A stretch of DNA of 24,829 bases. Origin: a virus. Its lineage: Duplodnaviria > Caudoviricetes. Numbering within the stretch: the stretch's first letter is position 1; each line of letters starts with the position of its first letter. The notes below the pieces were generated by a model that ran no database searches, was not told the origin of the DNA, and saw only the letters and a list, made by a program, of their open reading frames with translations. Positions 18,216-24,829 of this stretch are shown one piece after another. Where the stretch lies: positions 1-24,829 of the IMG/VR virus record IMGVR_UViG_3300027772_001322; one strand, 5' to 3'. Both the position numbers and the translations under genes were made by a program.

Positions 18216-18932
18216 TCAGTTTTCACTGTAGTACTGTTCAACCCGATTCCACCATTGTTTTTCCCAATGATCAAACATGCTGTCAGTCAGTATGAATTCT
18301 TGATACGCAGGATCTCCCCAAACCAACGGCTTAATTTCTGGAGGTTTTACACACATAAACACCACGCCCTTGCGTATGTTTGTGCTATGTACTTTGTTGT
18401 GTGCTAGGGCATAAGCAACCATTTGCAAGTAGTAGTCTTCAATCCACTCTTCTTTCTTGGGTTTGTTGGTTTGCTTATGGTCCATGATGGCATCTTCGCT
18501 AAGATGTACACCCACACAGTCAGTGGTTCCTGCATATAGTCCAGGATAGTATAAAGGAACTTCTACTCCCCACACTTCGTCTACATTCTTAAGTCCGTTT
18601 TCAATAATGTGTTTGGCCATCTTGTGGCTTTGTACTGAGTATGGATTTGTGCCAGGTTCGTTGACTGTGCCTTGCACAATGTAGTCTTCTAGAAACTTGT
18701 GCATACGTGTGCCACGTCCTGCGGCTTCAGTCACAATTTCTTGTGCCTTAGCTTCGCCCACACGTTTCTTCCAGTTGGCCAAAGCCAACTTCTTTTCTAG
18801 TGGTTTAGTTTTGTCTAGTATGGTAGTAACGCTTGGAACTTTGCTACCATCTGGAGTTGCGTATAAACGCTTGCCTTCTACACTGGCTCTGTCCAGAGGT
18901 GTGTAGTCATATTTGTGTATTAAAAGGGTCAT
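18216..18932 (-). CDS. PD-(D/E)XK exonuclease
   Basis: PSVTTIL, RGTRMH, EVPLY, YAGTTDCV, IMDHKQT, QMVAY motifs. Confidence 0.9.
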   Translation of the reverse strand: MTLLIHKYDYTPLDRASVEGKRLYATPDGSKVPSVTTILDKTKPLEKKLALANWKKRVGEAKAQEIVTEAAGRGTRMHKFLEDYIVQGTVNEPGTNPYSVQSHKMAKHIIENGLKNVDEVWGVEVPLYYPGLYAGTTDCVGVHLSEDAIMDHKQTNKPKKEEWIEDYYLQMVAYALAHNKVHSTNIRKGVVFMCVKPPEIKPLVWGDPAYQEFILTDSMFDHWEKQWWNRVEQYYSEN

Positions 18933-18937
18933 GAGTA

Positions 18938-18966
18938 AGTTTACATTAACTTACTATCAATGTCAA
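18938..18966 (-). promoter_or_regulatory. sigma70 promoter, probably leaderless transcript
   Basis: TTGACA-17 nt-TAAACT; ATG 5 nt later with no SD. Confidence 0.75.
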
Positions 18967-19289
18967 GCCTTCATTGCCCTTTTTGTAGCACTTTTGGCTG
19001 CTTTGTCTACCATGTTTGGTGCTGGCTTGCCTTGTCCGGGTTGATCAACGTTCTTGTTAGTTTTAATAACTAGACCATTGCCATCAAACCTGTCCACAAG
19101 TTTTTTCATGATGGGATCACTTTCCCAACGTTTTGAGAAACGATCATAATCTATATCGGGCGAGCTGTATTGTTGACCTGCTTGATTCAGAGCTTCCCAG
19201 GTCATGGGTGCGATTACATCTTCGCTGTTTGCTCTGCTTTGTAGAGCCCTTAGTGTTAAAACCAAGGGGTCCACTGTCTCACTAATTAC
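18963..19289 (-). CDS. Hypothetical domain, probably expressed as a -1 frameshift fusion to the upstream protein
   Basis: Frame is open from the slippery site at 19289; the first candidate start is GTG 19274 with no clear SD. Confidence 0.7.
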   Translation of the reverse strand, partial: VISETVDPLVLTLRALQSRANSEDVIAPMTWEALNQAGQQYSSPDIDYDRFSKRWESDPIMKKLVDRFDGNGLVIKTNKNVDQPGQGKPAPNMVDKAAKSATKRAMKA

Positions 19290-20254
19290 TTTTTTTTTGA
19301 TTGTGCCAATAACATGCCTAATTTACGGCTGTAGTCAATGCTTTCACGTTTCATTCTGTCTTCTTCTGGCGCAGGAGGAGTCATTTCTTCTGGAGCTCCC
19401 ATTGCTTCTTCGCCTGGCATGCCTGCTGGTGCGCCCATTGCATCTGGTGATGGTGTGCCCATTGTTGGTGCCTCTCCGCCTGATACTAGTGCTAATCCGC
19501 CTTGTAATCCTTGACGACTTGCTTCTAAAGCTGTGTAAATTGCCTCTAGGGCAGGTTTCACTGCATCGCCGTATTGCTGAGCAACATCGCTGCCTAGTGT
19601 TTCTCTTATAGAGTCTTGTAATTCTAAAAGCTGTTCAGCTTTCATAGCGGCTGTGTCTTCTAACCACCCAGTGATACGATCTACCATGTCCTTGGTGGCC
19701 ATAATAACTTTGGCTTTGTCTTCTTCGCCTTCTGCTAGGTACACAATATAGTTTGCTGTGCTTTCTGCCAAATCATAACGTAGTGTTAGTTCAGCACTTA
19801 GTTCTGCTTCATCAGATTCGCCTAGGCTGATTCTGTTAATTGCATTGTTGATCCAGCTGGCTGGAACTTTGTACTGTTGAGCCTTTTGTCTAATTGATTC
19901 AGCTTGAACTTTCTTGCGCAATTCAGCTTTTTCATCGTCCATGCTTTCATCTACTTCATCACACTCACATGGATCTTTGTGGCATTCTTCGCACTTGCCT
20001 TCTTCGCGTTCCATGATTTCTTTGTTGATAACATCCAACAAAGCACGAGTCTTTTGGTATTTAGGATTGATGTGTAAGTTGTCGAAGCTTTCGTTAACTT
20101 CAAACTGGCTCATTTCTGTACGCAGTTTGTTACGCACGTCTTCCAGCTGAACATCACTAAAGTGTTCTAACTTTAATTTATAACCAAATTGACTGGCCAA
20201 GTTTTCGTTTAGTCTTTTGCTAGTTACAGGTTTTGATAATTCTCTTATTTGCAT
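19286..20254 (-). CDS. Acidic helical protein, prohead core/scaffold-like
   Basis: 322 aa, Glu-rich, many [LIV]-x-E sites, Pro/Ala/Gly-rich linker; TATAAATA at 20295-20288. Function is inferred. Confidence 0.7.
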   Translation of the reverse strand: MQIRELSKPVTSKRLNENLASQFGYKLKLEHFSDVQLEDVRNKLRTEMSQFEVNESFDNLHINPKYQKTRALLDVINKEIMEREEGKCEECHKDPCECDEVDESMDDEKAELRKKVQAESIRQKAQQYKVPASWINNAINRISLGESDEAELSAELTLRYDLAESTANYIVYLAEGEEDKAKVIMATKDMVDRITGWLEDTAAMKAEQLLELQDSIRETLGSDVAQQYGDAVKPALEAIYTALEASRQGLQGGLALVSGGEAPTMGTPSPDAMGAPAGMPGEEAMGAPEEMTPPAPEEDRMKRESIDYSRKLGMLLAQSKKK

Positions 20255-20290
20255 GATGGTGGTATCCTAAGCATTCTTTTTATAGTGTAT

Positions 20291-20731
20291 TTATACAAAT
20301 GTCCACTTAAACATTCTGGAAATCACTTCCTTGTAGTAAGCAGACACTTCTTCACTGTGTTCTAATTTATTTAACAAAATCACGTATCTATCGAAATCTT
20401 TAGCCCGTTTGATGTTGTGCTTGTAAACCTGCACATCGCTAAAGAAATTCCAATATTTTGTATCAATTCGCTTGATTTCAAAGAATTTATTAAGGTTTAT
20501 TGTGTATTGTTTTGCCGCCATTAGGGCGCAGGTTTTAAGTTGAAAACTTTCCAACAAGTACATGCTGGATAAATTGTACAACCCCCACATGCCCGCGGAT
20601 GTGCGTTTTATTATAAAATTTTTATAAACTATACTGCCGTTGGGCTGTATGCTGATGGGCAAACTGCGATTCAATTCAGCTTCAAATTGTACCGCTAGTT
20701 CTTTTACTTGTTTTTTATTTTGTTTTTTCAT
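20291..20731 (-). CDS. Hypothetical basic protein
   Basis: ATG 20731 overlaps the end of the upstream gene; 146 aa. Confidence 0.78.
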   Translation of the reverse strand: MKKQNKKQVKELAVQFEAELNRSLPISIQPNGSIVYKNFIIKRTSAGMWGLYNLSSMYLLESFQLKTCALMAAKQYTINLNKFFEIKRIDTKYWNFFSDVQVYKHNIKRAKDFDRYVILLNKLEHSEEVSAYYKEVISRMFKWTFV

Positions 20732-20969
20732 TTGCAACTACGCTAGGGTTATTGTGTCCTATCTTAGTTACCAAACTTTTGCGAACCATGGCCGCAATCC
20801 TGAACTGATCAGTTTCACTTAGACTGCTCAAACGAACTGGCTTGTCCAGCTTTTTTAAGATTTCACGTTCTTCGTTGGTGGTCCACACAGTAAAGTGATC
20901 AAGCAGTTCAAACTTGTCAGCTTCTTTAATGATAGTGTTGTCAATACCAACCAGTTCTGCTATTTTCAT
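20715..20969 (-). CDS. Hypothetical protein
   Basis: 84 aa; ATGA overlap with the upstream gene; starts MKIAEL. Confidence 0.78.
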   Translation of the reverse strand: MKIAELVGIDNTIIKEADKFELLDHFTVWTTNEEREILKKLDKPVRLSSLSETDQFRIAAMVRKSLVTKIGHNNPSVVANEKTK

Positions 20970-21775
20970 CTTAGGCCTGCAATCATTCGCATTTTTTCTA
21001 ACAAGTCATCATCTTCTTCACGTAGCTGTTTCATGTCAAACTGCTCTGGCGGTGTTGGGTCTTTAGGTATGCCGCCTGGCCCAGCAACTTCTCCAGCATC
21101 CAGATCCAGTCTGTCTTTGAGCAAACGAATACGTTGTTCAACTTGTTTCTCGTATGGCGTTCCCATTGCCTTGGCACGGAACTGCAACAGCTTGGCCATC
21201 TGTGGACTGGTCTTGGCCCATTCTTCGGGACTCTTGTTGCCCAAGCCAAGGAACTCGTCCAGTGGCTCTTCGCCATCTTCTGGTCCGTACCCCATAGCCG
21301 CTTCAGCTTCAGCATCGCGCACATCATTAATAAATGCGCCAGTGCCGTCGCCGCCAATATCTTCGTCTGTATTTTTCTCTCCAAACTCGTTTTCTAAACG
21401 ATTAAACACAATTTCCTCAATTTGTTCAAAGTCGTCGTCTGGGTGAAATCCGTGATCTATCATGACATCATCTGCCATGTCTTGGACATATCGGCCAGCT
21501 GGAGTATTGGCACTGAACAGTTGATATAGTGCATCAAAGTCTTCGTTGGCAACAATATCACTTAATTCTAGATGAATCTCGCTCATTGCTCCTTCGCTTG
21601 TTTGTTCATCTCCGCCTAGGTTAAGAGTTCCCTTTTCTTGAGCCTGCTTCATGATGTCAGCAGTGGCTTGATCAGCTGTGCCAATTGGCTTGCCATCCAC
21701 TTTGAGCTGTTGAGCACCTGGCATTGGCTCAGTTGTGATTTCAGTTTCTCTTAATACAATGTCTTTAATCTTCAT
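20966..21775 (-). CDS. Acidic hypothetical protein (probable head-internal protein)
   Basis: 269 aa, GAGG SD, starts MKIKDIVLRE, ends LLEKMRMIAGLR. Confidence 0.78.
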   Translation of the reverse strand: MKIKDIVLRETEITTEPMPGAQQLKVDGKPIGTADQATADIMKQAQEKGTLNLGGDEQTSEGAMSEIHLELSDIVANEDFDALYQLFSANTPAGRYVQDMADDVMIDHGFHPDDDFEQIEEIVFNRLENEFGEKNTDEDIGGDGTGAFINDVRDAEAEAAMGYGPEDGEEPLDEFLGLGNKSPEEWAKTSPQMAKLLQFRAKAMGTPYEKQVEQRIRLLKDRLDLDAGEVAGPGGIPKDPTPPEQFDMKQLREEDDDLLEKMRMIAGLR

Positions 21776-22466
21776 ATTGGTCCTCGAGGCTTAGTTTAGC
21801 ACTTGTTAATTTATCTATGTATTTACGCAATTTGTCAATCTGTCCTCTAGCTCTGAGCAACTTAAATGCTAGATTTTCCACACTTTGTTCGCCACCTGTT
21901 TCCAACCCAGCTTTGCGCAGTCGTTTCAGTTCATCCATCACACCCTTGCATTTGTCTATGTCCTGACTACGCATGGCGCTGTTGATTTTGGCTGAGTAGT
22001 TTCTTGCTTTGTTCTTGATGGCTTTGGGTTCCACTGTGGGTTCTTCGTGTTTGGGCTCAGTTAGCCATTTGTTTTGTTTCACACTGTAGATGCCGTTGCT
22101 GACATGTGGTTGCTCTGCAGGTTGCACATACAGTTCAACTGGTATGTCTTTGATGCTTAGGGTGTAGTTTGAATTGTACTGATTCTTTTTAGCTGTGAAC
22201 AGTTCTTCGTCCTTGCTGTCTACATCACTTACTACCAAGTGCAAGTCTATGTCGCTGTAGTCGCTGTAGTTGTATCCGGCACTGGAACCACTGAGGGTGA
22301 TGTCTTTTAGTTTTAAATTGGGCACATTGAGATAGTCAATGAAGTGATCTGCTATCTTGAGAAGTTTAGAGCGTACTTCTGAACGCATGGCATTATTGTC
22401 CCATATGACTGGGTTTAAATGATGATGATGTGGATTGGGATCAACGGATAATTCTTGAATGTTCAT
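21765..22466 (-). CDS. Pol-beta superfamily nucleotidyltransferase
   Basis: ITLSGSSAGYNYSDYSDIDLHLVV (GS...DxD) with a third acidic residue in PVELYVQ. Confidence 0.85.
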   Translation of the reverse strand: MNIQELSVDPNPHHHHLNPVIWDNNAMRSEVRSKLLKIADHFIDYLNVPNLKLKDITLSGSSAGYNYSDYSDIDLHLVVSDVDSKDEELFTAKKNQYNSNYTLSIKDIPVELYVQPAEQPHVSNGIYSVKQNKWLTEPKHEEPTVEPKAIKNKARNYSAKINSAMRSQDIDKCKGVMDELKRLRKAGLETGGEQSVENLAFKLLRARGQIDKLRKYIDKLTSAKLSLEDQYED

Positions 22467-22482
22467 TCTGTATTTAACAGAA

Positions 22483-22830
22483 TCAGAGTCCCAAGAACTT
22501 TAATATGTGTGGGAACTGAACTGAGTTGAGCCAACCTGTGCCAGCGGCAAATGCCAATGCAGCCATGGCATACATTGTGTACTTGCTTTTGACTCTTTCT
22601 AAGTCATTAATTTTGTTAGCCAGTTCTGCATGTTGACTGTTTGATTGCTCCGCCATTTCACACAGCTTCTTGTCCAGCAGGTCACGAGTTTGATCTAGAC
22701 AGTCGTGCATGTCTTTGACGCCCACTTTGAGTTCGTCAAGTTTTTCTTCTATTTGATCTACTTTGGTTTCAACTATTGCTACACGCTCAGGTAACATAGC
22801 TAATTGTGCTACTGCTTCTTTTGTGGCCAT
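22483..22830 (-). CDS. Coiled-coil protein with C-terminal hydrophobic helix
   Basis: Heptad pattern over aa 10-85, then YAMAALAFAAGTGWL; GGAGAG SD. Confidence 0.8.
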   Translation of the reverse strand: MATKEAVAQLAMLPERVAIVETKVDQIEEKLDELKVGVKDMHDCLDQTRDLLDKKLCEMAEQSNSQHAELANKINDLERVKSKYTMYAMAALAFAAGTGWLNSVQFPHILKFLGL

Positions 22831-22940
22831 CTGGGCTCTCCAATGTGTTTAAGTCAGGGACTCGCTCCGAGTCATGTGCCTAATGTATGATTGAATGCCT
22901 AAGTGTTTACGTGTACTAAATTGCCTACAATGTTATTTAT

Positions 22941-23342
22941 TCAATTTGAAAAAAAACTGATGTTCCTGCCAGGTCCTTCTGTAACAAATACCGCATGGGT
23001 TTGTTCCATGGCTTCATCTAAACCAGCAATGTAAGGCACTAGGTGGAAATCTTTTATTAGAAATGCCACTGGGTTGCCAGCATCTTCGTAGAGATAGTCA
23101 CGTTCAGTGCTCCAATCAAATCGCCAGACTTTTACAATTTCGTCAGTGTCAAAACCAGCTTGGCGGCCGCCCATGTGTAACACATCTGGTCCGCTAGCAT
23201 ACCAAATATTTGATCTAATACCCAGAGTATGAATCAGTGTGTTAAAGTTTTGTTCTTTTAATCGCAATGCTTCCTTGCCTGGCTCGGCCCGATACTGTTT
23301 GGTATGAGTCACATCAACAAGTGTGTAGAGTTTATAATCCAT
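22941..23342 (-). CDS. Hypothetical protein
   Basis: Start re-called to ATG 23342 (MDYKLYTLVDVT), because the longer track ORF runs through a terminator and a TAAATA element. Confidence 0.8.
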   Translation of the reverse strand: MDYKLYTLVDVTHTKQYRAEPGKEALRLKEQNFNTLIHTLGIRSNIWYASGPDVLHMGGRQAGFDTDEIVKVWRFDWSTERDYLYEDAGNPVAFLIKDFHLVPYIAGLDEAMEQTHAVFVTEGPGRNISFFSN

Positions 23343-23360
23343 GCTGTATTTAACAGCCGT

Positions 23361-23387
23361 AAAAAAGCCTACTGTTAAAGTAGGCTT
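23361..23387 (-). terminator. Intrinsic terminator
   Basis: AAGCCTACT-TTAAC-AGTAGGCTT followed by TTTT. Confidence 0.88.
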
Positions 23388-23416
23388 AGTCTTCCCATCC
23401 CTGAGAAATAAAACTA

Positions 23417-23818
23417 TTAGATAGCTACTTGAGCACAACCAGCAACGTCTGTTACTGTGGCTGCAACACCACCGTTACCAGCGGCAATAGCTGTTTCCAA
23501 AATACCGTAGCCTGTTCCGTCAACACCAATGTTACCTTGTTGACCACCTGCGCTGTCGCCGGCCCACTGAGTGTGAGTTGCAATAACAGCATTGAAACTG
23601 TCTGGTGAACCGTCTACTGGTGTGAATACTGACCAAACTTCAGCTGTTTGTTGCAATGCACGAACTGATTTGGTGAACAAGCTGTTTGCGTTTGCAAAGT
23701 TAACAAATACGTCTGCAACTGCAATGTTGATAACTGATAAACGACGTGTACCAAATTGTGTTGTTGGTATTGTCTTTAAATAGTTTGTTGTTACGTCTGT
23801 TCCTAATAATGATGGCAT
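23417..23818 (-). CDS. Small probable virion structural protein
   Basis: 133 aa, Ala/Gly/Thr/Val-rich; TATAAATA (23895-23888), GAGGAG SD and a terminator. Confidence 0.72.
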   Translation of the reverse strand: MPSLLGTDVTTNYLKTIPTTQFGTRRLSVINIAVADVFVNFANANSLFTKSVRALQQTAEVWSVFTPVDGSPDSFNAVIATHTQWAGDSAGGQQGNIGVDGTGYGILETAIAAGNGGVAATVTDVAGCAQVAI

Positions 23819-23942
23819 AATATGTCTCCTCTTTTACCATACTGCTCGAACTCTTCGAGCGACCTTCTAATAAGGCCTTTGTATAATTATTTATACCAAA
23901 TGGCAAAAACCATGGGGTTATGGTTGAATTTTGGTAGATAGT

Positions 23943-24197
23943 TTAGGACTGTTTGTCCTCTTGAATACGCTTGATACCGCGTTTGAACTTGGTTACATCG
24001 TTGGCACGTATGCTGTTGATAAAGCGGCGCTCTAGTTCTGCGGCTGTTTCTAGATCGTAGTTTTCACGTATCATGTCCAGTAGGTTGATAGCACTTTGGA
24101 TTATGTTGCTTCCACGGCTTTCTATAACCAAATCTGGATTACGGCTTAGTCCGACGTCACTTAATTCTTGTAATATGCTACGTGTACTTTTACGCAT
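23943..24197 (-). CDS. Hypothetical protein
   Basis: 84-aa helical ORF, first gene of the leftward unit. Confidence 0.8.
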   Translation of the reverse strand: MRKSTRSILQELSDVGLSRNPDLVIESRGSNIIQSAINLLDMIRENYDLETAAELERRFINSIRANDVTKFKRGIKRIQEDKQS

Positions 24198-24225
24198 GTT
24201 GTTCTCTTTATACGTTATTTATTTG

Positions 24226-24288
24226 ATTATACAGTCTAGTTATCATTAGATCAATCAGGTTGATAAATTGTGCGGTCGCACATATAAT
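24226..24288. promoter_or_regulatory. Back-to-back sigma70 promoters with a palindromic operator
   Basis: Minus: TTGATC(24254-24249)-17-TATAAT(24231-24226). Plus: TTGATA(24260-24265)-17-TATAAT(24283-24288). TGTGCG-GT-CGCACA lies in the plus spacer. Confidence 0.75.
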
Positions 24289-24345
24289 AACTAAATACTC
24301 AGTAGAAACCATGAGTATCTACTTACACATATACAGGAAAACACA

Positions 24346-24522
24346 ATGAAATACATATCAGAACGGATGCAGTCTATCCTGGAACGCTTATCCGAGATGT
24401 TCCCAGGTAGCAGTTATCAATCAAGTCTAGATGCTTATCTAGCAGACAAAGGCATTACCGATGCCGCACAATTGGAAAACTACATCCAACAGTTTAACTA
24501 TCAAAAGGAAAAATACCTATGA
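24346..24522 (+). CDS. 58-aa protein, possibly DUF3563-like
   Basis: Below the track cut-off. MKYISERMQSILERLSEMFPGSSYQSSLDAYLADKGITDAAQLENYIQQFNYQKEKYL; AGGA SD. Family call is tentative. Confidence 0.75.
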   Translation: MKYISERMQSILERLSEMFPGSSYQSSLDAYLADKGITDAAQLENYIQQFNYQKEKYL

Positions 24523-24644
24523 AAACAATATTAAACACCATCTGGTCAGTACTAGAAGCATTTGGCCAAGCACGTTATGCGGCTAGCCTTGCTCGTCAAG
24601 GTCGCGTGGAAGAATCCAAAGCTGTGTACAATGGACGAGCATGA
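24519..24644 (+). CDS. 41-aa hypothetical protein
   Basis: MKTILNTIWSVLEAFGQARYAASLARQGRVEESKAVYNGRA; AAGGA SD; ATGA overlap. Confidence 0.72.
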   Translation: MKTILNTIWSVLEAFGQARYAASLARQGRVEESKAVYNGRA

Positions 24645-24744
24645 TCCAGTAGAATCAGTGGTCAAACACATACACATCGTGCTACCCATTGTGGGAGCAG
24701 TATTGATGTTTATGTTGGCTTTTATTGCCATCACTATGGCTTGA
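24631..24744 (+). CDS. 37-aa single-TM protein
   Basis: MDEHDPVESVVKHIHIVLPIVGAVLMFMLAFIAITMA. Confidence 0.65.
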   Translation: MDEHDPVESVVKHIHIVLPIVGAVLMFMLAFIAITMA

Positions 24745-24772
24745 CGCTGTACAACACCTGATAAATATTGGC

Positions 24773-24829
24773 ATGAACTTGGTGTACATTCATGGAGCAA
24801 ATGCCACAAGCGAGAGCTTCAACTATATT
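24773..24829 (+). CDS. Probable alpha/beta hydrolase (5' fragment)
   Basis: MNLVYIHGANATSESFNYI resembles the HG oxyanion strand; TAAATA 5 nt upstream; only 19 codons visible. Confidence 0.55.
   Translation, partial: MNLVYIHGANATSESFNYI

Noticed and set aside
18216-18932. Cas4 call
   Set aside because: No four-Cys Fe-S motif and no CRISPR context; a generic phage exonuclease.
20850-20856. In-phase A_AAA_AAG in the 84-aa gene
   Set aside because: The -1 frame stops after about 11 codons, with no fusion or coupling and no TCA-A9-G context. It shows the heptamer alone can occur by chance.
22949-22956. T8 run at the end of the 22941-23342 gene as a frameshift site
   Set aside because: The -1 frame ends within a few codons; no meaningful product.
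97-23783. Plus-strand ORFs in the track (e.g. 2586-3005, 8110-8580, 20895-21446)
   Set aside because: Antisense shadows of well-supported minus-strand genes, with no motifs or RBS.
24223-24254. TTGAT...ATCAA as an FNR box
   Set aside because: The half-sites are 22 nt apart rather than 4.
1-24829. Bacterial chromosome origin, or alternative genetic code
   Set aside because: Host-like genes lack their normal operon partners (dnaJ/grpE, iscS, clpA) and are mixed with PAAR, tailspike and late promoters. Known genes are full length with TAA, TAG and TGA all used as stops.

Overview
Gene-dense, AT-rich segment of a large (probably jumbo) tailed myovirus-like phage genome in the standard genetic code; all genes are on the minus strand except after a divergent promoter at ~24.25 kb. 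Host-derived genes: hemO-pcyX bilin synthesis coupled to clpS, hsp20, dnaK, ribosomal protein bS21, iscU/iscA, an Hc1-like protein, and nrdA/class II aldolase/nrdB/glutaredoxin. Virion-related genes: PAAR, a tailspike-like protein, a SleB-type hydrolase and a block of probable head-internal proteins. DnaK, IscU/IscA and NrdAB look proteobacterial (inference). Best non-obvious signals: (1) two genes contain the identical 12-mer TCA-AAA-AAA-AAG near their ends, each with downstream structure and an open -1 frame, suggesting two programmed -1 frameshifts, one fusing two ORFs; (2) dnaK and hsp20 share a covarying 5' leader ending in a ROSE-type RNA thermometer; (3) many TAAATA and sigma70 promoters sit 4-8 nt from ATG, implying leaderless mRNAs in a phage carrying its own bS21; (4) five proteins, including a nucleotidyltransferase and a nuclease-like protein, share an N-terminal M-x-[IV]-x-[DE]-[IL] tag resembling a capsid-targeting signal. 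All calls come from motif recognition by eye; no searches were run.
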